Part shown: positions 1 through 7,844 of the stretch, piece by piece
How the letters are laid out: each line of letters starts with the position of its first letter
Position numbering within the stretch: the first letter of the stretch is position 1
IMG/VR virus record: IMGVR_UViG_3300045526_000100
Coordinates: 1-31,325 of that record
Strand: one strand, 5' to 3'
DNA length: 31,325 nucleotides
Source: a virus
Lineage: Duplodnaviria; Caudoviricetes
Position numbers and translations under genes: made by a program
Notes under the pieces: model-generated
What the model saw: only the letters and a program-made list of their open reading frames with translations
The model's database searches: none
Told to the model about the DNA's origin: nothing

Positions 1-109
1 GGCGATCACACTCAAAATCGACACCCACTACCCCCACCTCCTGAGGTAGCTATCCTCATAAGTAAGGGCCAGGTGGGGGTAGTGGGTGTCGATTTTGAGT
101 GTGATCGCC
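1..109. repeat. Perfect 39-bp inverted repeat (1-39 vs 71-109) with a 31-nt spacer, overlapping the terminase start
   Basis: GGCGATCACACTCAAAATCGACACCCACTACCCCCACCT (1-39) is the exact reverse complement of 71-109, checked base by base. Confidence 0.95.
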
Positions 110-2374
110 GGTGGGAACGTGCTGGAGCCTCCGCAGCGCACCAGCACCCGCTGCACCGAGAGCTACGCCTCGCTGAAGAAACGCATCTACGCGGGCCTAC
201 TCCCGGCCCAAAAAGAGTTCGTTGACGACAACGAGCACCTCATCCTGGGGTTTTGCGGGGGATTTGGCTGCTTGGCAGGTGAGACGCTGATTGGTGGAGT
301 ACCAATACGCGATCTCACCAGCAAGCCAATAAAGGTAGAGACCATGGCGGGAGCCGCATGGGCAACACCCGCCTACGTCAAAGGGTATGCAGCTCTTTAC
401 CGGGTTCGGACTCAAGGCGGTCGAGAGTTTCTGGCAACCAAAGACCATTTGTGTCTTTCGCCAGACGGCTGGGTGAGCGTTGGCCGCCTGTCGTCAGGTT
501 CTCTCGTTGCCGTTGGTGATAAAGCGAGTGATCAGACATTGAGCGAAAGAGCCACAGGTTGCTCAGGGTCTGATCAGTTGGACACTCGTTCATGTGATGG
601 ATCACCCACCCCGTGGGAAGTCTTTGCCCAAGAGCTGACTCAACGGCTCGTCGGGCCCAGTATTTCCCGGCATCCCGGTCTTTCGACCCAACGGTTCGCC
701 CCTTTGATTGAGGGTTCTCAATGCCAGCTTGGGCACCACGGCTCTTTAGCAAGCCTTGTGTCTGCAGAAACGTCCGCATGGTGCCTTCGTGAACACCAAA
801 GCGGTACTTCAGTTCACGCATATTCACACCTTCCTCTAAGTAGTCCCGCACAACGGCAGCTTTCAGGTCCAGCAGCTTTTCGTAGCCAGTCACCCGCTGG
901 GTTGGTCGCGGCAGGCTATAGCGTTCAACCCAACGCCCAATGGTGGCCTTATCAATCTTGTGCTTCTCGGCCAGAAACTGGTACGAGTAGCCGTCCGCCA
1001 AGTCTTGGAGAAGCAGCTTACGCCTCAGATCCGGCAACGTTTCCCAGCGAACCCTTTGCTGACCCATACCCAAGCGACGAGTATTACCAGTATAAGTGGG
1101 ACCGCGTTAAAGACGTTACCTATGCAAGGCACGACCTGTTCTACGACCTGCACGTCCCTATTTGGAACCATTACCTAGCTAATGGCGTTGTCCACCACAA
1201 CAGCGGTAAGACCAGAAGTTTGTGCGCCAAGGCTCTCAAACTGTGCATGGACAATCCAAACACCGTGGGAGCCGTCTTCGAACCCACCAACATCCTGCTA
1301 AGAGACGTATGGATGCGCAGTTTCGACGACTTCTTAACAGAACACCAGATTGAATACGACTTTCGGGTGTCCCCGCAGCCCGAATACATCGTCCATTGCC
1401 CTAACGGTCCCGCCACACTGATTTGTAGAGCTACCGAGACATGGAATAGGGTGCGAGGTTTTAATTTGAGCTTCGTTTTGGCCGATGAAATTGATACTTC
1501 TCCCATGGAAGTTGCGCAGAAAGCGAGTGAAATGTTTTTGGCCCGACTTCGTGGCGGCAAAAAGCCCCAGTTGGCAGTCGCCTCAACGCCTGAGGGCTAC
1601 AAGTGGATGTACCGCACCTTCGTTGAGAATGGTGACACCCCTGATCGTCGGCTGATCAAAGCCAAGACGACCGACAACCCCCACCTCCCGGCGGGTTTCG
1701 TCGAGTCGCTATACCAGAACTACGACGCCAACCTGATCGCCAGCTACATCAATGGCGAGTTCACCAACCTTGAGAACACCACCGTCTATCACCCGTTTGA
1801 CAGGGATCGGCATTGGTGCGACACGGAGATCCAGGCTGACGATCGCCTGCTGATTGGGGTGGACTTCAACGTCGGTGCCGTGTTCACCGAGGTAACGGTC
1901 CGTAGGGGCGAAGAGTTCCATGTGGTAGCGGAGCACTACCCCAAGGACACCCCTGCGCTGGTGCGGCTGCTGCAGGAGACCTACCCCCGGCATGTAGAGG
2001 CCGGGAACGTGGTGATCATCCCTGACGCGGCGTCACGGCAGCGCACCACCACCAACGCAGCGGAATCGGACCTGTCTCTGCTGCGCAAAGGGGGGTTCAC
2101 GATCAAGGCGCAGCAGGCCAACCCCCAGATCGCAGACCGGGTGAACTGCATCAACGTGCTGCTGATGGCGGATCGGTTGAAAGTCCACAACCGCTGCAAG
2201 TACCTGATCAAGTCGATGGAGCAGCAGTGCTACGCGAAGGACGGGAAGCCGGAGAAGGGGATCGGCGGCCTGGATGACGTGAGCGGCCCCGTGGACGCAC
2301 TGGGCTACTGCATCCACTACCTCGCCCCCCTACGCCGTTGGGCGACAGGTGGGTCTTCTTTCCGCACGTACTAA
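86..2374 (+). CDS. terL: Terminase large subunit, intein-containing precursor (762 aa; about 451 aa after splicing)
   Basis: Removing the intein restores Walker A GGFG|SGKT. Also seen: Walker B VLADEID, coupling motif ASTPEG, RNase H-like nuclease IGVDFN and C-terminal D(x)nDALGY. Lies upstream of the portal gene. Confidence 0.95.
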   Translation: MSILSVIAGGNVLEPPQRTSTRCTESYASLKKRIYAGLLPAQKEFVDDNEHLILGFCGGFGCLAGETLIGGVPIRDLTSKPIKVETMAGAAWATPAYVKGYAALYRVRTQGGREFLATKDHLCLSPDGWVSVGRLSSGSLVAVGDKASDQTLSERATGCSGSDQLDTRSCDGSPTPWEVFAQELTQRLVGPSISRHPGLSTQRFAPLIEGSQCQLGHHGSLASLVSAETSAWCLREHQSGTSVHAYSHLPLSSPAQRQLSGPAAFRSQSPAGLVAAGYSVQPNAQWWPYQSCASRPETGTSSRPPSLGEAAYASDPATFPSEPFADPYPSDEYYQYKWDRVKDVTYARHDLFYDLHVPIWNHYLANGVVHHNSGKTRSLCAKALKLCMDNPNTVGAVFEPTNILLRDVWMRSFDDFLTEHQIEYDFRVSPQPEYIVHCPNGPATLICRATETWNRVRGFNLSFVLADEIDTSPMEVAQKASEMFLARLRGGKKPQLAVASTPEGYKWMYRTFVENGDTPDRRLIKAKTTDNPHLPAGFVESLYQNYDANLIASYINGEFTNLENTTVYHPFDRDRHWCDTEIQADDRLLIGVDFNVGAVFTEVTVRRGEEFHVVAEHYPKDTPALVRLLQETYPRHVEAGNVVIIPDAASRQRTTTNAAESDLSLLRKGGFTIKAQQANPQIADRVNCINVLLMADRLKVHNRCKYLIKSMEQQCYAKDGKPEKGIGGLDDVSGPVDALGYCIHYLAPLRRWATGGSSFRTY
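269..1201 (+). mobile_element. Intein (311 aa, Cys1 to His-Asn, +1 Ser) inserted in the terminase P-loop
   Basis: Block A CLAGETLI starts at TGC 269. Block B ATKDH is at about 434-448. Blocks F/G FYDLHVPIWNHYLANGVVHHN end at 1201, and the next residue is Ser (SGKT). Confidence 0.95.
378..1067 (-). CDS. HNH homing endonuclease with two N-terminal HTH-like segments, encoded antisense inside the intein
   Basis: ATG at 1067, or TTG at 1073. RRAVESALGQRLPTGWVIHHMNECPTDQTLSNLWLFRSMSDHSLYH resembles phage HNH (HNH_3-like) nucleases. GYSYQFLAEKHKIDKATIGRWV and GVNMRELKYRFGVHEGTMRTFL are HTH-like. Confidence 0.85.
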   Translation of the reverse strand: MGQQRVRWETLPDLRRKLLLQDLADGYSYQFLAEKHKIDKATIGRWVERYSLPRPTQRVTGYEKLLDLKAAVVRDYLEEGVNMRELKYRFGVHEGTMRTFLQTQGLLKSRGAQAGIENPQSKGRTVGSKDRDAGKYWARRAVESALGQRLPTGWVIHHMNECPTDQTLSNLWLFRSMSDHSLYHQRQRENLTTGGQRSPSRLAKDTNGLWLPETLDRLESEPGKELHTL

Positions 2375-2709
2375 TGAAACGCGAACGACTTGCTTTAGGT
2401 CCTGCGATCAGCGTCGAGAGTGCTCTCGACACCAACGGCAGGTATTACATCACCTACGCGAAGGGAGCGAGTGTGTTCCTGCGGGAGGCGAAGGAGGTCC
2501 GGCGGTTCCTGAAGTTTGCCAAGAGCACGCCATCACGGGAGGCACTGGATGCGTGGTTAGAGGAGCTGGCCGCGGCGGACAGTGCCCGCCGGGAGCGCCG
2601 CGAAGCGGCGACCCAGGGCTTATCCGAGGAGGTGTTAGCGACGGGCTTTGGGCCTGAGTGTCACCTGGACGAGAGCGATCCGAACTATGCGACCCGGACG
2701 GTGGTGTAG
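2374..2709 (+). CDS. Hypothetical protein (111 aa)
   Basis: The ATG overlaps the terL stop (TAATG), suggesting translational coupling. It fills the gap before the portal gene. Confidence 0.75.
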   Translation: MKRERLALGPAISVESALDTNGRYYITYAKGASVFLREAKEVRRFLKFAKSTPSREALDAWLEELAAADSARRERREAATQGLSEEVLATGFGPECHLDESDPNYATRTVV

Positions 2710-2717
2710 GTGCTGCA

Positions 2718-2728
2718 GGAAATCTCGG
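2718..2728 (+). promoter_or_regulatory. Recurrent motif GGAAATCTCGG (putative late promoter)
   Basis: Intergenic, 21 nt before the portal start; one of about 14 similar copies. Confidence 0.6.
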
Positions 2729-2749
2729 CTATACGTGTGACTGCGAAGC

Positions 2750-4306
2750 GTGGCTGATAACAGCACCTACCCCCTGCGTGCGACATCAGCTGTTCCGCTA
2801 CAGCTGCAGTACGGCAATGCAGACGACCCGAGCGTTCTGAGCAGTGCGGTGTTGTCGATGCTGCCCCAGTGGGAGCCGATTGACATTTGCATTGGCGGCA
2901 CGGCTGTTCTCCGTGCCAACGCTGAGAAGATCATCCCCCGCGAACCAAGCGAAGCCCGCGAAAGCTACGAGCGTCGGATCTTCCACGCGACGATGCCGCC
3001 GTTCCTGCAGCGCCTGGCCTCCCAGGCTGCGGGCGTGATCCTGCGCAAAGGTATCCAGATTGAGGGGGACGAGTATTGGGAGGAGTGGATCAAAGATGTC
3101 ACCGGCGACGGCACCACCCTCAACGAGTACGCCCGACGCCAGTTGGTGACGGCGATCCTTTACGGCCACAGCAGCAGCATCGTTGATTTTGTCAACGACA
3201 CCACGGCCCGCACACTTGCCGAGGAGCGTCAGCTGAACCGCAAGCCATATCTGGTGCCAATCCACCCGCGTCAGATCATGGGCTGGCGCACCAGCAATGA
3301 CTCCAACAGCAGCGACCTTGCTCAGGTGCGTATCAAGGAGCGTGTCGTTACCGGCAAGGGCGCCTATGGCGAGGAGCTGATCGATCAAATCCGCGTCATG
3401 GAGCCGGGCCGCTACGAGCTATGGCGTACACCGGCGACGACCTCGCTAACGACGGTGGCGAAGTGGGAGTTGGAGCAGCGCGGCACGACCAGCCTTGACC
3501 GCATCCCGCTTGTCACGGTTTATGCCAATCGTCAGGGCAATTTGCTGAGCGTTCCGCCGCTGTTGGAGGTGAGCTGGTTGTGCATCGCCTATGCGCAGCG
3601 CTTCTGTGACTTCCACCATGCCGTCCACGTCAGCGCCAACCCCATGTTGGTGTTACGGGGGTTTGATCCCGATAGCGACGCTGAACTGGGCATCAGCGTC
3701 AACACGGCGCTTCTCCTACCCCCAGATGGTGGTGCGGAGTTTGTGAGCCCTACCACCGAAGCCTTTGACAGCCAGATGCGGTGCCTCCAGTCGTTGGAGG
3801 ATCAAATCAGCCGCCTTGGCATCAACACGCTCAGCAGCCAGAACCTCACCAACGCCGCTGCCGAGGCACGTCGTCTGGATCGCATCGACAGCGACTCGAT
3901 TATGGCGGTCATCGCAGGGGATCTGGAGCGGGCGGTGAGTCAACTGTTTGAGCTGGCGGCCGAGTATGTGGGCATTGAACCCCCGACTGTCTATATCCCG
4001 CGGGACTACGACAACCGCCTTGTTACCGGCAACGACATCACCGCCTACCTGCAGCTCTACATGCAGGGAGCGATCAGCCAAGAGACGTTGCTGGGGATTT
4101 TGCAAGACGGCGAAATCCTCCCAGCCACGTTGTCGATTGACGAGGAGATCAGCCGCACCAAGGAGATGTTGGAGGAGCAGCAGGCGATGGAGCGTCTTGC
4201 GATGGGGGATGGCGCTGACATGGCGTTCCAGAACGCGGGTCAGGGGGAGTCACTTAGCAGCCAGACGCTGCCCACACCTCTGCGTCCTGGCCGTAACGCT
4301 GACTGA
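2750..4306 (+). CDS. Portal protein (DUF4055-like)
   Basis: 518 aa, follows the terminase. IPREPSE...YERR, KPYLVPIHPRQIMGWR and PPLLEV motifs are typical of this portal type. Confidence 0.88.
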   Translation: MADNSTYPLRATSAVPLQLQYGNADDPSVLSSAVLSMLPQWEPIDICIGGTAVLRANAEKIIPREPSEARESYERRIFHATMPPFLQRLASQAAGVILRKGIQIEGDEYWEEWIKDVTGDGTTLNEYARRQLVTAILYGHSSSIVDFVNDTTARTLAEERQLNRKPYLVPIHPRQIMGWRTSNDSNSSDLAQVRIKERVVTGKGAYGEELIDQIRVMEPGRYELWRTPATTSLTTVAKWELEQRGTTSLDRIPLVTVYANRQGNLLSVPPLLEVSWLCIAYAQRFCDFHHAVHVSANPMLVLRGFDPDSDAELGISVNTALLLPPDGGAEFVSPTTEAFDSQMRCLQSLEDQISRLGINTLSSQNLTNAAAEARRLDRIDSDSIMAVIAGDLERAVSQLFELAAEYVGIEPPTVYIPRDYDNRLVTGNDITAYLQLYMQGAISQETLLGILQDGEILPATLSIDEEISRTKEMLEEQQAMERLAMGDGADMAFQNAGQGESLSSQTLPTPLRPGRNAD

Positions 4307-4309
4307 ACC

Positions 4310-4555
4310 ATGCGCCACCACCCCAGCTGGCGTGAAGTACGCCACGAGTACATGCGCAACCTTGTACCAAGTCACGCCAGCTGTGCGATCTGCCGGTGGT
4401 GGCATCCCGAGAGTTCAGCAGCTGCGGATCCTGTGGGTTTCTGCCACTTCAACCCACCGACTGTTGAGGGTTGGCCTGAGACCAACGGCGATGAGGACGT
4501 GTGCAGCTTCTGGGAGACGGACTACGACCCTACCCCTCGCGTTGAGGCAGCATGA
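4310..4555 (+). CDS. Small Cys-rich, putative metal-binding protein (81 aa)
   Basis: Pattern CAICRWW...FCHFNPP...WP...CSFW. Its stop overlaps the next ATG (ATGA). Confidence 0.7.
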   Translation: MRHHPSWREVRHEYMRNLVPSHASCAICRWWHPESSAAADPVGFCHFNPPTVEGWPETNGDEDVCSFWETDYDPTPRVEAA

Positions 4556-5379
4556 CCAACGAGGAGTATCTGCGGGAGCTGGCGGCTGCCATCACCCGTC
4601 AGGAGGACTTGAGTGACGAGGCAGCGCAGCAGGTGCTCTATGAGCTGGCGCTGCGCATTTATGCGTTGCTGCTGAAGCGTCTACCGGAGAACCGCTTTGA
4701 GCGATACCTGAGGTGGCCTGAGATTCGTCGTCAGATTGTGCCGTGGCTGTCGCGGGCCAACGACCTGCTGGCGGTGGCGGTATTCAACCGTCTGGTGGGC
4801 ACCGAAACCTTAGTGATTGCACCAACGGCACGGCGTTTTGGGTTGGTTGAGGGTCAGCTCACCCCCCGCCTGGTCACGCAGGTGATGGATGACACCCAAG
4901 TGGTGGGTGTCAGCGTGAGTGCGTTGTTCGCACGTAACCCGACGACAGGGCAGTCACCGTGGGTTACGCAGATGCTGCAGCTCTTGGAACGCAGTGTGAT
5001 CAGCCAGTTCTTCCAGGACCCACCAACCAGCGTGGTGGCGCAGAAGGTGGTGGGTGTCCGTACAAGCGCCGGCAAGGAAGTCCCAGTGGTGAGCAAGGGG
5101 ACGGTGGCTAATGCGTGGCGTGAACGTCAGCGGAACATTGTGGCTGCGGCGTTATGGGGCACGGTGGTACCAACAGCAGAGAGGGCTGCAGAGATTGCCG
5201 CGACGACTGGTCGTCCACCTGTTTTGATCTGGCGTTGGAACGCGATCCTCGATCCCAAGACTTGTCCGGTGTGTCGTCCGTTGCATCGAACAACCGCACC
5301 AACCCCTCAGGCATTTCCGCAGGGAGCACCACCGCTCCACCCCCGGTGCCGTTGTGTGGTATTGCCGGTGATGGAGTGA
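4552..5379 (+). CDS. Head morphogenesis / minor capsid protein (SPP1 gp7 / MuF-like)
   Basis: C-terminal WNAILDPKTCPVC...PPLHPRCRC signature; located after the portal. Confidence 0.88.
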   Translation: MTNEEYLRELAAAITRQEDLSDEAAQQVLYELALRIYALLLKRLPENRFERYLRWPEIRRQIVPWLSRANDLLAVAVFNRLVGTETLVIAPTARRFGLVEGQLTPRLVTQVMDDTQVVGVSVSALFARNPTTGQSPWVTQMLQLLERSVISQFFQDPPTSVVAQKVVGVRTSAGKEVPVVSKGTVANAWRERQRNIVAAALWGTVVPTAERAAEIAATTGRPPVLIWRWNAILDPKTCPVCRPLHRTTAPTPQAFPQGAPPLHPRCRCVVLPVME

Positions 5380-5397
5380 GTTACGTGTGTAGGTAAC

Positions 5398-5408
5398 GGA
5401 AACCTAGC
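5398..5408 (+). promoter_or_regulatory. Recurrent motif GGAAACCTAGC
   Basis: Intergenic, 21 nt before the scaffold ATG. Confidence 0.6.
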
Positions 5409-5429
5409 AACGTACTTCCAACCCATTGC

Positions 5430-6158
5430 ATGACTGAGCAGGTCATGGGTGCTCCTCAGGTAGAGGAGCAGGTTGATTCCGTGAATCAGCAGCCCGAAGC
5501 ACCCAGCAGCTCCGACGACGTTTCTGCGTTGCGGCGCAAGCTAGAGCTTGTCCAGCAGGACAGCCTTACCAAAGGCGAAGCGAACCGCAAACTGAACGAG
5601 CGTCTTGGGGAGCTTGAGCGTCAGCTCAGGGAGCGTGAGACAGAACTCAAGTCGGGTAAGCAGCAACAACTTGCTTCTCAGGGCGAGTGGAAAAAGTTAT
5701 GGGAGGACGCGAACGCGGACAATGCGCGTTTGCAGCAGCGGATCACCGAGCTTGAAGCCGCGCTTCAGGCAAAGGACTCCGAAGCGGAAGCCGAGCGACT
5801 TCGTGCCAGCGCCATGCAGATGCTCAGCCAAGCCTCAGCGCTTGCCCCTGAACAGCTGTACGGGCTCTTGGCCCAGAAGCTGCGCAACAGCGATTCCGGT
5901 CCAACGGTGATCGTGAACGGCATTGAGCAACCGCTGAATGCGTACCTCACCCAACTGCGTAATCCCGGCTCTGGCTGGGAGCACCACTTTGCTGCCACCG
6001 GCACCCGCGGTATGGGTAGCGCACCAAGCAGCAATGGCCTGCCTGGAGTTGCTAACCCCTACAAGCGGGAGACGTTCAACCTGACCGAGGCAATGCGGTT
6101 GGAAGCGGACAATCCCGATCTCGCCAAGGCGCTTAAAGCCGAAGCGGGTCGCGGGTAA
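5430..6158 (+). CDS. Capsid scaffolding protein
   Basis: Long E/Q/R-rich coiled coil with a C-terminal NPY...FNLTE...NPDLA tail; directly upstream of the capsid gene. Confidence 0.8.
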   Translation: MTEQVMGAPQVEEQVDSVNQQPEAPSSSDDVSALRRKLELVQQDSLTKGEANRKLNERLGELERQLRERETELKSGKQQQLASQGEWKKLWEDANADNARLQQRITELEAALQAKDSEAEAERLRASAMQMLSQASALAPEQLYGLLAQKLRNSDSGPTVIVNGIEQPLNAYLTQLRNPGSGWEHHFAATGTRGMGSAPSSNGLPGVANPYKRETFNLTEAMRLEADNPDLAKALKAEAGRG

Positions 6159-6187
6159 CTCACGGTAAACCCCGCAATTAGAGAGCA

Positions 6188-7264
6188 ATGTCTCTGCAGA
6201 ACCAAGGAGGAACATTCCTCACCAACCTGATCACCCGCCCGGAGTTCCTCGCTTACACGAGCGAGCGGATTTTCGAGATGTCTGCCTTTGTGCAGTCGGG
6301 TGTGGTGCAGCGTCTGGGCGCACTCGACGCCCGCGCTGGCGGCACCCGCGTGCGTGTGCCGTTCTTTGATCCGATCAACCCCACTGAGGAGCAGATCACC
6401 TCAGCCAACAACTGGGGCACCAGCGGCGCTGGCTATCTGACCTCGCAGAACGTCACTGCCGACGAGCAGATCATGACGATCCTGCACAGGGGCTTCCAGT
6501 ACGCCACCGATGACCTCAGCCGCCTCGGCTCGGGGGCTGACCCACTGGCTCACGTGCGTGACCAGCTGGCTGCTGCAATCGCCAAGAAGAAGACCGCAAC
6601 CCTGCTGGCCCAGCTCGGTGGTCTGTTTGGCAACATCAGCGGTTCCGGCGTGATCGGTGGCAACACCTACAACGCCAGCGGCACCACCACTGCCACCAGC
6701 GCCAACTACCTCACCGCAGCCAATGTGGTGAAGGCCAAGAACAAGCTGGGTGAGCGCGGCAGCGAGCTGACTGCGATTGCCATGCACAGCAACGTCGCCG
6801 CCTATCTGGAGGAGACGGGCTACATGCAGGTGCAGGTATCTGGCTCCACCGTTTCGGCTGCTTCTGGTCTGAGCGGCGTCAGCTACAACACCTTCGCCGG
6901 CCTGCGCGTCATCGTTGATGACCAGATCGGTGTGATCAGCGGCGGCACTGCCACCCACCTGAACAAGTACCCCGTGTACCTGTTTGGTTCGGGCGTGGTT
7001 GCTGAGGGTGTGCAGCAGGATCTGCGCGTTGAGACCGACCGTAACAAGAGCAGCTTCCAGGATCTGCTGATCGTGGATTACCACTACGGCTATCACGTAG
7101 CCGGCACCAAGTGGGCTGCTGCTGGTGACAACCCCAGCAACGAGGCGACCACCGGCAACATGGGCGCTACTGCGTCTTGGGGTCTGGCCTACAACACCGT
7201 CAAGAACATCCCCCTTGTGCGGATGTTGGTCAACACCCCCTACGACACCGGCGTTTACGCCTGA
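6188..7264 (+). CDS. Major capsid protein
   Basis: 358 aa. Motifs FVQSGVV...GGTRVRVPFF, IAMHS, TFAGLRVIVDD, VETDRN and HVAGTKW. Strong codon bias, position after the scaffold, and a terminator downstream. Confidence 0.9.
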   Translation: MSLQNQGGTFLTNLITRPEFLAYTSERIFEMSAFVQSGVVQRLGALDARAGGTRVRVPFFDPINPTEEQITSANNWGTSGAGYLTSQNVTADEQIMTILHRGFQYATDDLSRLGSGADPLAHVRDQLAAAIAKKKTATLLAQLGGLFGNISGSGVIGGNTYNASGTTTATSANYLTAANVVKAKNKLGERGSELTAIAMHSNVAAYLEETGYMQVQVSGSTVSAASGLSGVSYNTFAGLRVIVDDQIGVISGGTATHLNKYPVYLFGSGVVAEGVQQDLRVETDRNKSSFQDLLIVDYHYGYHVAGTKWAAAGDNPSNEATTGNMGATASWGLAYNTVKNIPLVRMLVNTPYDTGVYA

Positions 7265-7280
7265 TCCGCGTAGAGACTAC

Positions 7281-7310
7281 AAAGCCCCGCCATCGCGGGG
7301 CTTTTTTTTT
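7281..7310 (+). terminator. Rho-independent terminator after the capsid gene (possibly bidirectional)
   Basis: AAAGCCCCGC-CATC-GCGGGGCTTT followed by a T tract, between convergent genes. Confidence 0.9.
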
Positions 7311-7315
7311 ATGCC

Positions 7316-7612
7316 TTAGTCAAGCCCGAGGCGCATCCGTTCCTGCCGCTCAAAGAGGCCAACGGTATCCACGGTCATCTTGTAGCTCTGGAGCATGACC
7401 TGATTGACAAGGACATAGCTCAGCTCAAGCGCCTCAGCGATGTCAGGCACGGTTGCACCTTCTTCCTTCATGCGGCGGATTTCAGGCACCAGAACCTGCC
7501 AGTCTCGGATACTTTCAGACGCCGGGGGCTCGGTAGCTGACTTTGCTGCACGCTTCCGAGTGGGCTTTTCAGTAGGAGCCTCTACCACCGTCGTCAGATC
7601 AGCGTCAGACAT
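7316..7612 (-). CDS. Small HTH DNA-binding protein (98 aa)
   Basis: EGATVPDIAEALELSYVLVNQV is HTH-like. Has its own upstream motif copy. Confidence 0.7.
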   Translation of the reverse strand: MSDADLTTVVEAPTEKPTRKRAAKSATEPPASESIRDWQVLVPEIRRMKEEGATVPDIAEALELSYVLVNQVMLQSYKMTVDTVGLFERQERMRLGLD

Positions 7613-7627
7613 ACCTAAAGGCTTTAC

Positions 7628-7638
7628 CCGAAGTTGCC
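7628..7638 (-). promoter_or_regulatory. Recurrent motif GGCAACTTCGG (minus strand)
   Basis: 15 nt upstream of the ATG at 7612, oriented with the minus-strand gene. Confidence 0.5.
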
Positions 7639-7649
7639 TCAGCGGTCTT

Positions 7650-7660
7650 GGCTACCTAGG
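7650..7660 (+). promoter_or_regulatory. Recurrent motif variant GGCTACCTAGG
   Basis: 16 nt upstream of the ATG at 7677. Confidence 0.5.
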
Positions 7661-7676
7661 CGTCTGTTCTTGAGTT

Positions 7677-7811
7677 ATGGCAAAGGCAAAAGCGGGAGCC
7701 AGCCGTGTTCAGCATGTACCGGGCAAGCCCAAGCGCAGCCGCCAAGGTGACGGACAGCACAGCAAAGCAAGCCATGGGCGCAAGAAGAGCCGAGGGCAAG
7801 GTAAGGGATAA
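7677..7811 (+). CDS. Small, highly basic 44-aa protein (not in the ORF track)
   Basis: MAKAKAGASRVQHVPGKPKRSRQGDGQHSKASHGRKKSRGQGKG. It resembles small basic cyanophage proteins ending in RGQGK/R (recalled, not searched) and is preceded by a motif copy. Confidence 0.7.
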   Translation: MAKAKAGASRVQHVPGKPKRSRQGDGQHSKASHGRKKSRGQGKG

Positions 7812-7814
7812 CCC

Positions 7815-7825
7815 GGAAATCTAGA
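7815..7825 (+). promoter_or_regulatory. Recurrent motif GGAAATCTAGA
   Basis: 19 nt upstream of the ATG at 7845. Confidence 0.55.
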
Positions 7826-7844
7826 GGTGCCGCTGCCGTAAGTC

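Noticed and set aside
520-1090. In-frame LAGLIDADG endonuclease in the intein
   Set aside because: No LAGLIDADG-like blocks are visible. The sense peptide is low-complexity and explained by the antisense gene.
2798-3388. 196-aa antisense ORF within the portal gene (similarly 6401-7096, 8893-9519, 17097-17630, 25846-26517, 26411-26962, 30151-30783)
   Set aside because: These are shadow ORFs expected opposite GC-rich, codon-biased genes and have no recognisable motifs. By contrast, 378-1067 carries HTH/HNH motifs while its sense frame is the junk-like one.
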